From a virus (lineage: Duplodnaviria; Caudoviricetes), in the IMG/VR virus record IMGVR_UViG_3300047554_000382, positions 1-63,211 of that record: a DNA stretch of 63,211 bases; one strand, 5' to 3'. The position numbers and the translations under genes are program-made. Under the pieces are notes generated by a model. It was not told the DNA's origin and made no database searches. It worked only from the letters and a program-made list of their open reading frames with translations. Every line of letters begins with the position of its first letter. The stretch's first letter is position 1. Below, one piece after another: positions 18,540 through 28,066 of this stretch.

Positions 18540-19219
18540 TTTATTCCAATTCGCATGAATCTCTTATACTTAACAAGGTCTAATTCTCCTTCGTATATAA
18601 TCCTCGACATAGGAGTTTGTTGAGCAAACTCGCTTAAAGAGTTAGAACAGTTGATATGTGTGTTATGTGAAAAATAATCATTTGTCTGTAGAACTATAGT
18701 TTTTCCCGATGGTAGTTGATCATACCATCTATTGAAGTCAATTATATGCTCACAGCTAGTGTTAATAATCGTGTCAGGTATCTCTTTAATTTCTTTAATA
18801 GTTCCGTCAGATTTAAAAGTTTTAAATTTTGTTGGGTACTGCATATTCAAGATATCCATTGTTGCGGCTTTAAATTTCCAATTGTCGATAACATAGGATC
18901 TGTTTAATTCGTCTGCAACAAATTCGCATAAGGGGTCTATATCAAAACTACGTATGTTTTTAAATTTTTCAGGACACTTTTCAAACATTAAATTTGCTAA
19001 TGTTCCGTACCAGCCAGCACAAATAAAAATTTTTCCCAGATTATTCGGTAGATGTTCAATTAACCATAGTTTACTCTTAACTTGACCGAGGCTATATGCA
19101 TCAAATAATTGCTCTTCGATCTCCGGAAATTTTTGTATTACTTTGGTAATATCTGAAGTCACTGGATTCTTAGGATATATTAAATCTAAACTAGAAAAAA
19201 CACTACGAAGTTTGCTCAT
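18536..19219 (-). CDS. class I SAM-dependent methyltransferase-like protein
   Basis: SKLWL, ICAGWYG (motif I-like), SFDIDP, IINTSCEH. Confidence 0.6.
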   Translation of the reverse strand: MSKLRSVFSSLDLIYPKNPVTSDITKVIQKFPEIEEQLFDAYSLGQVKSKLWLIEHLPNNLGKIFICAGWYGTLANLMFEKCPEKFKNIRSFDIDPLCEFVADELNRSYVIDNWKFKAATMDILNMQYPTKFKTFKSDGTIKEIKEIPDTIINTSCEHIIDFNRWYDQLPSGKTIVLQTNDYFSHNTHINCSNSLSEFAQQTPMSRIIYEGELDLVKYKRFMRIGIK

Positions 19220-20229
19220 TTAATTTTTCTCCTTCGTAGTAACCAATAGGCCTTGAGCCAATTAAAATTGTTTATTTTAGCTAGTTTGGATCTGTCACTA
19301 GCGTGTTTTATTCCATAGGCTTTGCCGGCCAGTGCTCCATCGAGAACAAACTTACCATAGGCAATATCGTTAGTAACTGTACACCAAGTGTTCAGCCTAT
19401 CTTCTGTTTCTTGAATATTTTGATTATTAATAATCTTACTCGATAACTTCACGCACTCTCTAAACGCCGAGCGCCATGCACTATACGGATCAGTGTTAAA
19501 TGCAGTGATGTTGCTCACTTGCTCCATCGCTTTAAACTTAGGACTTATGCTAGTGGTCATATCGGGGCTAGATTCATCTAAGTTCAAAGTTAATGTGGTT
19601 GGAAGTAATTTAACACCACCATAACCATATTCTAAATTGTTAATAGGATTACGACTACGCCATACATGAACTACATCTAGGTCCCACAAGTTCGTTTCAA
19701 AATCAAAATTAAAATCTTCTAATATTTCAGCATCAGCATCTACTACCCATAGCATGTCAGTGGTTGATTTAGAAGCCGCAGTTTTATGTGCTCGATGGAT
19801 TCCTTTGATATTTTTTACCCACTGTGCTCTAGGAAATCTACTTTTTAATTTATCGAAATTAGCTTCAGCACAGGGCTCATGATAGGATATAAAAAAGATA
19901 TCGTGAGTTAATTTTTCTCCAAACACAATATCAATATTTTTATAACCTTCATAGGTGCAGTCTTTTGTAATTTGATATATGTCATGTTCAAACTTGTGAA
20001 CATATTTAGAATCCCAAGATGGAATATCGTAGTCTAAATCTCTTACAAGATCAACCGGAGATTTAATGATCCAGAAACTTTTGGTTAAAGCCTTTGTTCT
20101 AGCAAATTTAAAAACAATTTCATTTTTTTTACTAGGAACAGATAACGCCCTTGCGTGAGGGTATCTTTCTTTTATCTTTTTAAAAGTTAAAGGAAACAGT
20201 TCCGGGTTTACTACAAAGATGTCTTTCAT
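19216..20229 (-). CDS. GT-A glycosyltransferase-like protein
   Basis: DIFFISYHE, WVVDADA (DxD), GYGGVKL, AWRSAFRE; paralogue of the adjacent gene. Confidence 0.65.
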   Translation of the reverse strand: MKDIFVVNPELFPLTFKKIKERYPHARALSVPSKKNEIVFKFARTKALTKSFWIIKSPVDLVRDLDYDIPSWDSKYVHKFEHDIYQITKDCTYEGYKNIDIVFGEKLTHDIFFISYHEPCAEANFDKLKSRFPRAQWVKNIKGIHRAHKTAASKSTTDMLWVVDADAEILEDFNFDFETNLWDLDVVHVWRSRNPINNLEYGYGGVKLLPTTLTLNLDESSPDMTTSISPKFKAMEQVSNITAFNTDPYSAWRSAFRECVKLSSKIINNQNIQETEDRLNTWCTVTNDIAYGKFVLDGALAGKAYGIKHASDRSKLAKINNFNWLKAYWLLRRRKIK

Positions 20230-21131
20230 TTTTTAATTGATCGATATGTTCTCGGAGTATTTTGATAGACTGATTTAAAAAATTTTGATCCGCTAGAATC
20301 TAATTCTGCTATGTCTAACTTTAACTCATGCCGTAAAGTTTCTCCTAGTCCCATGATTTCATATGGTAGCATATCATCAGAAATTTTACTGTAGTGGTTC
20401 TCCCATTCTGATGTTAACCAATCAAAATCCCTAACCTGACTATAGTCCCAATCTGTACAGTTAGTTCTATAACACCCCTCTCTGGCGCCGTAGATACTCC
20501 ATAGGCCATTTTTAACATCTGCACCCACTGAACACCATATTAAAAGCCTCTGATGATTTTGCCACCAGATTGATTTGATATCTGATGTTTTCGCTCCCTG
20601 ATTTAGGCTCATTTTTACACCTTCTCTAAAGCCAGCTCTCCAGGCTTGAAAGGGAGTTTCATTAGTGTAACTAACAGAAAAATTATCGTTTAATTGTACA
20701 TATTTGTCGTCAAAGCAAAACTCTACTTTACTGCGTTCATCGCTTCCGTCTGAGTTTTCGTGTGTTTTCATATTATGAACAAAATCTCTAGTCCATAACT
20801 TTAATCCGCCATTGCCGTACATCAATCCATTAACATGAACCTTTCCGCACCAACTAAAAACATAGCTATGATCTAAGCCCATCTCGTCAAGATTTAATTC
20901 AACTTCAAGAAATTTTGGATCAACGATATTATCAGCATCTACCGTTACAAAGTGTTCGGTGTCACTTAGATCTGCACAGGCCTTGTGTGCCGCATCACTA
21001 CCTTTAACTCCGTGTACTCGTTTAGCCCACGGAATGCTTTTACACAGGTCAGCATAATTTTTTTCAGCATTTGGTTCATCATAACTTAAAAAGATTATGT
21101 CTTGATCAACTATTTTTAATATATTACTCAT
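20226..21131 (-). CDS. GT-A glycosyltransferase-like protein
   Basis: DIIFLSYDE, VTVDADN (DxD), GNGGLKLW, AWRAGFRE. Confidence 0.65.
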   Translation of the reverse strand: MSNILKIVDQDIIFLSYDEPNAEKNYADLCKSIPWAKRVHGVKGSDAAHKACADLSDTEHFVTVDADNIVDPKFLEVELNLDEMGLDHSYVFSWCGKVHVNGLMYGNGGLKLWTRDFVHNMKTHENSDGSDERSKVEFCFDDKYVQLNDNFSVSYTNETPFQAWRAGFREGVKMSLNQGAKTSDIKSIWWQNHQRLLIWCSVGADVKNGLWSIYGAREGCYRTNCTDWDYSQVRDFDWLTSEWENHYSKISDDMLPYEIMGLGETLRHELKLDIAELDSSGSKFFKSVYQNTPRTYRSIKK

Positions 21132-21751
21132 AAAATGATTAATCCTGAAGATGTAAAAAATCGTTTCATATATACCTTTATTTTCTCAGGTGAAGATTCT
21201 ACTCGATGCTCATGCGGAACAATAAATTTTTCGTTGAGTGTTAAATTTTTCATCTTAATAGGAATTTGCCTAATAAGACTGTTGTCAGATTTTTTGTCAA
21301 CAATAAACATATTGATTGTGTAATCTAAATTAAATGGTTGCAAAATACTTTTGTAGTCAGGTTGAACTTGGAAGACCCACTGTTTATAATATAAATGATT
21401 CTCTACCATGAACACGCTTTTCCAATCTTTAACTAATGGTATCTCAACTAGTGCATTAGGAATTATCTTGTCGTCGGATAGTTTAGAAACAATAACAGGT
21501 TTATTTTGATTAGACAAACTAATCCTGTATCTATTGATATTTTTAAAACCGTTTAAAAAATCCGATACATCTGATAGGTCAAACTCAACTACATTCTTAC
21601 TGTTATTAACATACTCATTACTCACTGAGAGTATATTACCGGTTTCTTCCTCAAAATATACAAAATATTTTTGATTTAGATCGCTAAGAGCCAGGGCTTG
21701 CCTGATCAGTTCTTCAGGGACGATATCTTCTTGATCAACCGACATACTCAA
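21128..21751 (-). CDS. hypothetical protein
   Basis: Operonic overlaps within the glycosyltransferase island. Confidence 0.6.
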   Translation of the reverse strand: MSMSVDQEDIVPEELIRQALALSDLNQKYFVYFEEETGNILSVSNEYVNNSKNVVEFDLSDVSDFLNGFKNINRYRISLSNQNKPVIVSKLSDDKIIPNALVEIPLVKDWKSVFMVENHLYYKQWVFQVQPDYKSILQPFNLDYTINMFIVDKKSDNSLIRQIPIKMKNLTLNEKFIVPHEHRVESSPEKIKVYMKRFFTSSGLIIL

Positions 21752-22559
21752 TTACCTTATCTGTTAGGAAAGCATCGTCAATGTAATGCAAAATTCCCGT
21801 TTGTTTAAAGTTATTCAACCATAGGCCCGACGAAGTAGATACCAATAAATTATCTAAACTCGTTTCTGGAATAGGTTCCCAATTTTGGATTCCAGGTTTA
21901 AGGTGAGTAAATGTAAATCTAGAATTTTTATTTACTACTTGATCTTCTATACCCATTAGCATAACTGCTATCGCCGCAGATACATCAACGCTATAAAATT
22001 TTTGCGAAGATTCTGGAGCTACCTCATAATAACATCGTTGCCAATTAAAAGTTATAAACTTTAGTACATTAAAAAATAACGAGGACATTTCAGATTTTTT
22101 AAAATAATAAAGCCCTGTGTAAATGTTAGGCAAATTATTTTCTACAAACATCTTTCTATAAAATGTATCCTTGAGCACACGCTCGCCTCTAAAATCTTTT
22201 ACGTGTGATGTAAAAAATAGATCTCTATCTTTAGCAAAGTCCCATAGATATTCGATATCGTCTAGGACCAACATATCGCTGTCTAATACTATTGTTTCAT
22301 GATAAGGACTAGCATGATAAACTTTCCAACGATTTTCAATCTTCCACTGACTTGATTCTGCATGATCTCGAAATGGAATCGGAATTATTTTGTCAAATGC
22401 TGAAATATATTCTTCCGGAATAACATCATTAGTTACGATGCTAAATTTGTTGTAAGTTGGTTGTGTTTTCTTAATCGACATCGCTAGAACATACGCTTGC
22501 CTAACGTAATCAATATTTTCACTATTCTGCGCTACTACAATAAATCCTCGATTATGCAT
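21735..22559 (-). CDS. GT8-like glycosyltransferase
   Basis: RGFIVVAQN, SPYHETIVLDSDML (DxD), YTGLYYFKK, FTHLK. Confidence 0.7.
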   Translation of the reverse strand: MHNRGFIVVAQNSENIDYVRQAYVLAMSIKKTQPTYNKFSIVTNDVIPEEYISAFDKIIPIPFRDHAESSQWKIENRWKVYHASPYHETIVLDSDMLVLDDIEYLWDFAKDRDLFFTSHVKDFRGERVLKDTFYRKMFVENNLPNIYTGLYYFKKSEMSSLFFNVLKFITFNWQRCYYEVAPESSQKFYSVDVSAAIAVMLMGIEDQVVNKNSRFTFTHLKPGIQNWEPIPETSLDNLLVSTSSGLWLNNFKQTGILHYIDDAFLTDKVIEYVG

Positions 22560-23394
22560 TATCTAAACTTCCCTCGATGATTCTCATCAAACTATATTTG
22601 TTCATAACGTGTACATCAAGTCCTGAAGTTTTTATCAAAGTAAATTCGCCTGCGTAATTTTCTTTCTCAATAAGAAACTTCATAGACACATCGTTAGTTT
22701 CAAGTAACACATCTCTATCAAGAATATAATTTAACTTTCCGGGAAGAGTAGTAAAAAAATCCTCACCAAACGCATGTAAGGCTATGCTAAAAGCAAAATC
22801 ATTCCTGTATATCGACGAATCTATGCAATACAAATTTTTATAATACAACCAATTTTGTTTAATGTGTTCTACAAATCTAAAAAACGAATCTGTGGTCTGT
22901 GTCTTTTTAAAATAAAATGCCGTAGCCCAATAAAAGGGTATCGAAAACTGATTAATAAATTTAAAACTAGAATCGTCTCTCCAGCCTGCTAGATCATTAC
23001 CGATCTTATAAATTAAGAATTCTGTATCTGATCCCCATGCTGAACTAAGGATATCCGAATTGATAATATAGTCGCTGTCTATCACAATCGTCTCGTCATA
23101 TGGTGATAGTTCGTAACATTTGGATCTACTAAAATTTTTCCATTCTAGTTGCTTAGATGATAGTGTGCCGTCGTGAAACGTTTTATACTGATGCTCAGGT
23201 GTCCAAATGGAAATTATTTGATCAAAAACTTCCTTGGCATCGGGCTGACTGGTTAATAACCATTCTGTGCTATCAGTGATTAACGACACTGGAACATCTA
23301 AAAACTTTTTTGCACGTTTTGCGGCAAAGATACTCATCCTCGCATAGTCTATATCAGAATTGTTCTGTGCAAAAATTACTATACCTCGACTCAT
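22552..23394 (-). CDS. GT8-like glycosyltransferase
   Basis: RGIVIFAQN, SPYDETIVIDSDY (DxD), WATAFYFKK, RNDFAFSIA, VHVMNK; paralogue of 21735-22559. Confidence 0.7.
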   Translation of the reverse strand: MSRGIVIFAQNNSDIDYARMSIFAAKRAKKFLDVPVSLITDSTEWLLTSQPDAKEVFDQIISIWTPEHQYKTFHDGTLSSKQLEWKNFSRSKCYELSPYDETIVIDSDYIINSDILSSAWGSDTEFLIYKIGNDLAGWRDDSSFKFINQFSIPFYWATAFYFKKTQTTDSFFRFVEHIKQNWLYYKNLYCIDSSIYRNDFAFSIALHAFGEDFFTTLPGKLNYILDRDVLLETNDVSMKFLIEKENYAGEFTLIKTSGLDVHVMNKYSLMRIIEGSLDNA

Positions 23395-23738
23395 AGATCA
23401 ACTAAATCCTGAATTTTTCTTTTCTTTTTAATTTCTGCAATCTTAGTCATATATGCATTTGAAGATTCAAAATAGATTGCTAGGATATCATCTAAAAATA
23501 ATTTTAAATCTTTAACTTCAAATGGTATTGAGTTATCATCTAACAATACGATAGTATCAACTTTGAGGTCGATAAGATTTTTAACGAATGATATTAATTC
23601 TCTATTAACTGAGAAAGAACATCCGTTAGTATAAAAAATACACGATTGTGTATATTCTTCTAGGGCTAATCGCTTCTGATTAGCCAATGTTGTCATTAAA
23701 TTAACTGTTTGAAACGCTTTTTCTAATCGTTCGTCCAT
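23391..23738 (-). CDS. conserved phage hypothetical protein
   Basis: GGAGG ribosome-binding site; first gene of the glycosyltransferase operon. Confidence 0.65.
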   Translation of the reverse strand: MDERLEKAFQTVNLMTTLANQKRLALEEYTQSCIFYTNGCSFSVNRELISFVKNLIDLKVDTIVLLDDNSIPFEVKDLKLFLDDILAIYFESSNAYMTKIAEIKKKRKIQDLVDL

Positions 23739-23755
23739 AGAGGGCCTCCAGCATT

Positions 23756-23784
23756 ACTATACTGTATAGTAATTAGCTTGTCAA
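23756..23784 (-). promoter_or_regulatory. sigma70-type promoter for the glycosyltransferase/radical SAM operon
   Basis: Minus strand: TTGACA (23784-23779), 17 nt, TATAGT (23761-23756). Confidence 0.7.
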
Positions 23785-23796
23785 GAGGCTTTGGAG

Positions 23797-24711
23797 TTAT
23801 AGTCCTGACTGACCAGCAGTAGGAGTAGGAATTGATACGTTTGAGCCCGAAGGTCTATATTGACTAATTTGACTAGTCAATGTACCGTCAACGTTTTCGT
23901 CAACGTTTGGATCACCTGCATCATTGTCAACAAATTGAATAGTAAAGATCAACTGTGACGAGTCTGAAGATTTTCTAGCATAAATGTAATATCTATTTTC
24001 TGCATAAGAACCAGACGGTGAATTTTTCTGGAATATTAGTTGATCACTAGTAGTGATATCATACCAACCATAAGATGAACCAATACCTGAAGATCCAGTG
24101 TAAGTTGTTGAGTCGTAGTCAAACACGATTTCGCCCATTTGACTGAACATTAGATCCCATGTGGTGTTTTTAGAACTCGAAGATCCTCCAGCTCTACTAG
24201 CGGCAATCCTAAATTTTCCGCCCGAATTGAAGAAAAATCTCATGTTTTCTGCTGAACCTGCACCACTAGTTGCACCAGTAATGGTCACTATGTGTTGTAA
24301 TGTTCCATTCCAAGAAGTGGTTCTAGTACCTGTGATTAAAATTTCATTCGATAGTTGACTAGAAGCTACTAGATATTTGTCTGTAGTAATAGTATTTGCA
24401 AAAGTATTAAACTGATTTCTTAATTCCTCAGTGATCGAGCTACCGCTTGCTGGCACTAATAAATTTTGTCCATCTAGCGAGTTACTTGTACTCACCGAAA
24501 CACCAGTTTGGTGTTGACGAACTTTGACCATATCGCTTCTTAAACTTAGCCATTGAGCGGCTGTAATAGTAGATCCAGTAGCAACGGCAGGTGAAGTAAC
24601 TGTTTGGCCGTAGCCGTTACCTGCCGCGCCGGTGCCAAAAATTAAATCTACTTTTGCTTTAATGGTAGTGTAATCACTAGCCTCAATTGTTGACCCTACG
24701 CCAGCTGCCAT
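23797..24711 (-). CDS. virion structural protein (tail or baseplate associated)
   Basis: Ser/Thr/Gly-rich; GYGQ, RFFFNSGG; last gene of the structural operon. Confidence 0.6.
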   Translation of the reverse strand: MAAGVGSTIEASDYTTIKAKVDLIFGTGAAGNGYGQTVTSPAVATGSTITAAQWLSLRSDMVKVRQHQTGVSVSTSNSLDGQNLLVPASGSSITEELRNQFNTFANTITTDKYLVASSQLSNEILITGTRTTSWNGTLQHIVTITGATSGAGSAENMRFFFNSGGKFRIAASRAGGSSSSKNTTWDLMFSQMGEIVFDYDSTTYTGSSGIGSSYGWYDITTSDQLIFQKNSPSGSYAENRYYIYARKSSDSSQLIFTIQFVDNDAGDPNVDENVDGTLTSQISQYRPSGSNVSIPTPTAGQSGL

Positions 24712-24725
24712 TTGATTCCCTTACT

Positions 24726-26186
24726 TTATAGTATAACTGATTCAACTAATTTAACGCCAGTATCGGCGTTAGTTTCTAATGCGATAGCAAAAACATCTGG
24801 GTGCTGATGGAATGTTGCGGCTACCGCAGTTCCGTTTTGTGATGCAACCAAACGATCACCTTTCTTAACTGAACCAACTACCTTGACAGGAACTCGGCCC
24901 TTTAATGCTATATATGTTCCGCCATCTTGATCTTTGTTCATCATGAACGCAGGATTAGCTGAAACTGCGCCAAGTGCTCGATCTCCAAATTTACAAGCAG
25001 TAACTTCTCGATCGCCGCCAACTGAAACAACTGTTCCTACTTCGTATTCTGCATCTGTAAGATATTTTTCAGCTAAGTCAGCATATCTAGCACTAGTAGC
25101 AGTACCCTGGAATAGATTTGCATATAGGTCACCGCTGGAATCTCTAGCGGCTATAGTGTTTACACCAGCTGTTGCACTAGCTGATCGATAAGTTCCACCA
25201 ACGTTTAATGTGTCTGCTTGAGTAGCAGTACCATTAAATGAACCTGCATAAATTGTAGCATACTTATAAGTTGACGAACCAATGTTTGAAATACCATCAG
25301 TTCCTGGTAAAATATCGTCACCGACTAGTTTCATCGGTGTTTTAACTGTTGAAGAAACTGTTGTTTGGAAAGTAATAGTGTTGCTGATAGCGTTTCTGAT
25401 AACAGGATCTGTTCCACTGTTAATAAAAACCGCTAGATCATTATCATCGCCCACAGTATAGCCGTCATCGGCAAATCGTACCACACCAGTAAATGAAGGA
25501 GATGTGGATGAAATAAAATCTGATGCGCCAAGACCTTCTAACTTTAATGCGTTACTAGCTGTTCCCCAATATCTGTGAGAAGTTGACGTAACTCCTGTGT
25601 CCCCAGTATAAGTTAAAGTTAGCCCTTGCTTAATTTTACTAAATCCAGTAATAGCATTAACTGAATTATCTAGAGTAAATTCGTCTGGGGAAATAATGTA
25701 GATAGCTTCACCATCTACTAGGGCTTCAATAATAGCGTGTGATGATCCTGATGTATCTCTTACACTTCTCGATCTCATCTGTGTAGTACCAGATCCAGCA
25801 ACACCCTGTGGACCAACTAGTACATATTCTGTTCCAGTCCATGCATACAATTGATTGTTTGCATTATCAAACCAAAAATCACCAATAGTTAAACCTGTAG
25901 GAGCAGTAACAGAAACTTCGGCGCCGCCGGTTGTGCGCCACTTGCTGTTGTCATAAAATTTTAATTTTTTGCTAGAGCTATCGTACCAAACTTGACCGCT
26001 AATAGGTCTCGGTGGCGCAGAAGTTCCAGAGAAATTTTCTAGAAGATGTACGAAATTTTCGTTCTGAACCTCGCCATAACCAGCATAATTCTTACCAATT
26101 AGCTTGATATCGAGGGAGCTGTCGATCGTGCCGTCTTCGACTACTGTTATTGTTGTACCGTTATATCTGTCAATGCTGTATGGCAT
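24726..26186 (-). CDS. tail fibre protein with C-terminal chaperone/peptidase-like domain
   Basis: N-terminal module GKNYAGYGE..NENFVHLLENF shared with the two upstream fibres; C-terminal ARYADLAEKY...ALKGRVPVKV. Confidence 0.75.
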   Translation of the reverse strand: MPYSIDRYNGTTITVVEDGTIDSSLDIKLIGKNYAGYGEVQNENFVHLLENFSGTSAPPRPISGQVWYDSSSKKLKFYDNSKWRTTGGAEVSVTAPTGLTIGDFWFDNANNQLYAWTGTEYVLVGPQGVAGSGTTQMRSRSVRDTSGSSHAIIEALVDGEAIYIISPDEFTLDNSVNAITGFSKIKQGLTLTYTGDTGVTSTSHRYWGTASNALKLEGLGASDFISSTSPSFTGVVRFADDGYTVGDDNDLAVFINSGTDPVIRNAISNTITFQTTVSSTVKTPMKLVGDDILPGTDGISNIGSSTYKYATIYAGSFNGTATQADTLNVGGTYRSASATAGVNTIAARDSSGDLYANLFQGTATSARYADLAEKYLTDAEYEVGTVVSVGGDREVTACKFGDRALGAVSANPAFMMNKDQDGGTYIALKGRVPVKVVGSVKKGDRLVASQNGTAVAATFHQHPDVFAIALETNADTGVKLVESVIL

Positions 26187-26209
26187 TTAGTCTACCCCTT
26201 AACTCTATG

Positions 26210-26215
26210 TATTTA
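26210..26215 (-). promoter_or_regulatory. late-promoter box TAAATA
   Basis: TAAATA about 23 nt upstream of the ATG at 26186. Confidence 0.55.
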
Positions 26216-26218
26216 GCT

Positions 26219-28066
26219 TCAAACGCTACTTGTTAAATTCTCAACCCAGCCCCAAACACCACTAGTAATTCTAAAACGCTTTAGCGATCTCTGTACAGTT
26301 ACAGTTGCGTTTCCAAAATCTAATGTGTTAATGTCAAAATCTTCTAAAACGGGTTGATTTTCAGTGCCAGCGGCTTTGTTTACTGATACATAATGTTTGA
26401 CAAAATCGCCTGAAACATCTGGGCTTGTTGAATTAGTTAACGAAACACTAGGATATGTAATTACTTGTTCAGTACAATGTACAAGTGCTTCAGTTCCTTG
26501 ATCTGTAGAACTGTCATAATATTCAGCCGCAGGAGCAATATCTTCTAAAACTAACGCGATATCGGCATCGCTTAACCCTGTGATATCAAGGCTCAGCGGA
26601 ATAGTTCTACGTTTAACAAATGTTTCTGTGTAGAGTTTAGTTGACGCATCTTGGTCATCTGTTGGATCTGCTAGATTTGATATTCTAGCACTACTTAGGT
26701 CAACTGTACCTGTTCCGTCAGGATCTAAAACTATATTGCCGTTGGTGTCTGTACTGCTAATTGTGTTGCCGTCTAAGTATAGATTGTCAACAGTAATGTT
26801 ATTTTGAGGGCCAAAACTAGTTAAGCCTGGCGCACTGGTTACTGAGCTAGCTAATGTTGTTTCAGATAAAATCTGATTTCCGCCGATATAAAATGATTTT
26901 CCTGCGGCTAGATTAACATTTTCACTAACGTCAAAACTAGTATAAGTTGTATGGTCACTCCATACTATTGTTTTATCGGACCCGCCCTTAATTGTTATAC
27001 CTGCACCTTCTGCTGTGATGTCAGTCGGTGCTTCAACGTTTGCAAGGATAATATTTTTATCCTCAATGGTCATTTGCGTTGTAGAAATAGTAGTATGTGT
27101 ACCTTCTACAGTTAGATCACCAGTGATTCGAACATCTCCGCCAACGTCTAGAGTGTACTCAGGCGACACATTAAAGATACCAACACGCTGATTAATACTC
27201 TTGATTGTTAGGGCATCAACTAATCCCGAAGAATTCTTAACCTTAAACAGATAATCCTGTCCAGAAATATTGCTCACTACCTGCATCGATTCTGTGCTGA
27301 CACGAACTTCGTTATTTTGATTCGCGCCGAGGATAAGCGGAAGTTCATTCTGTATAGTAACCGTACCAACTGTGCTGGTATTTTCTTCCGAACTCATAAA
27401 ACTTTCAGTTGTTTTTGCAGTGCCTGTAGGATCGATTAAAGTGTCAGCCGCAGAAGCAGTTACATTAAATTTAATCCCACTAAGAGTTCCAGCATTGAAG
27501 CCAGGTTTAATTTCACCTGTATAGCCTGCAACTGCATCCCTAGGTGTAAAAGGCACAGATTCTTTGCTAAAAATTCCTAAAAGAGTTTGTGCTACCCATA
27601 GTTTTACTATAACCCTCGATACAGAATTAGTATCAAAAATATTTTCAACAGTAAAGCCAGATATACCTTGAGTATTTTTATAGATAGGTCCAGCTAGCTG
27701 TAAGTCTGTACCGTCATAAAAGTATAATTGATTTTCTGCAGAGTCAATCCATATATCACCTTGTACTAGATCTAAAGGTTGTGTTCCGCGAACAACTGGA
27801 CCTGAACCATTTTTAAATCCAGTGCCGTCATAGACTTTTAATCTATTCTCTGCGGTGTCAAACCAAACTTGTCCGATTATCGGGTTGTTAGGCTGACTAG
27901 TATTGGCAAAATTTTCAAGGATCTTAACGAAGTTTTCGTTAATATATTCACCGTAACCAGCAACGTTTTTACCAATTAAAGTAATATCAGTTGCTGTTTG
28001 ATCTATAGCACTGTCAATTACTTCTGCTAGTAGAGTACCGTCTGTTTTATTGATCTTATAAGTCAT
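26219..28066 (-). CDS. tail fibre protein
   Basis: Same N-terminal module (GKNVAGYGEYINENFVKILENF); beta-rich fibre segments; ADPTDDQDASTKLY. Confidence 0.75.
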   Translation of the reverse strand: MTYKINKTDGTLLAEVIDSAIDQTATDITLIGKNVAGYGEYINENFVKILENFANTSQPNNPIIGQVWFDTAENRLKVYDGTGFKNGSGPVVRGTQPLDLVQGDIWIDSAENQLYFYDGTDLQLAGPIYKNTQGISGFTVENIFDTNSVSRVIVKLWVAQTLLGIFSKESVPFTPRDAVAGYTGEIKPGFNAGTLSGIKFNVTASAADTLIDPTGTAKTTESFMSSEENTSTVGTVTIQNELPLILGANQNNEVRVSTESMQVVSNISGQDYLFKVKNSSGLVDALTIKSINQRVGIFNVSPEYTLDVGGDVRITGDLTVEGTHTTISTTQMTIEDKNIILANVEAPTDITAEGAGITIKGGSDKTIVWSDHTTYTSFDVSENVNLAAGKSFYIGGNQILSETTLASSVTSAPGLTSFGPQNNITVDNLYLDGNTISSTDTNGNIVLDPDGTGTVDLSSARISNLADPTDDQDASTKLYTETFVKRRTIPLSLDITGLSDADIALVLEDIAPAAEYYDSSTDQGTEALVHCTEQVITYPSVSLTNSTSPDVSGDFVKHYVSVNKAAGTENQPVLEDFDINTLDFGNATVTVQRSLKRFRITSGVWGWVENLTSSV

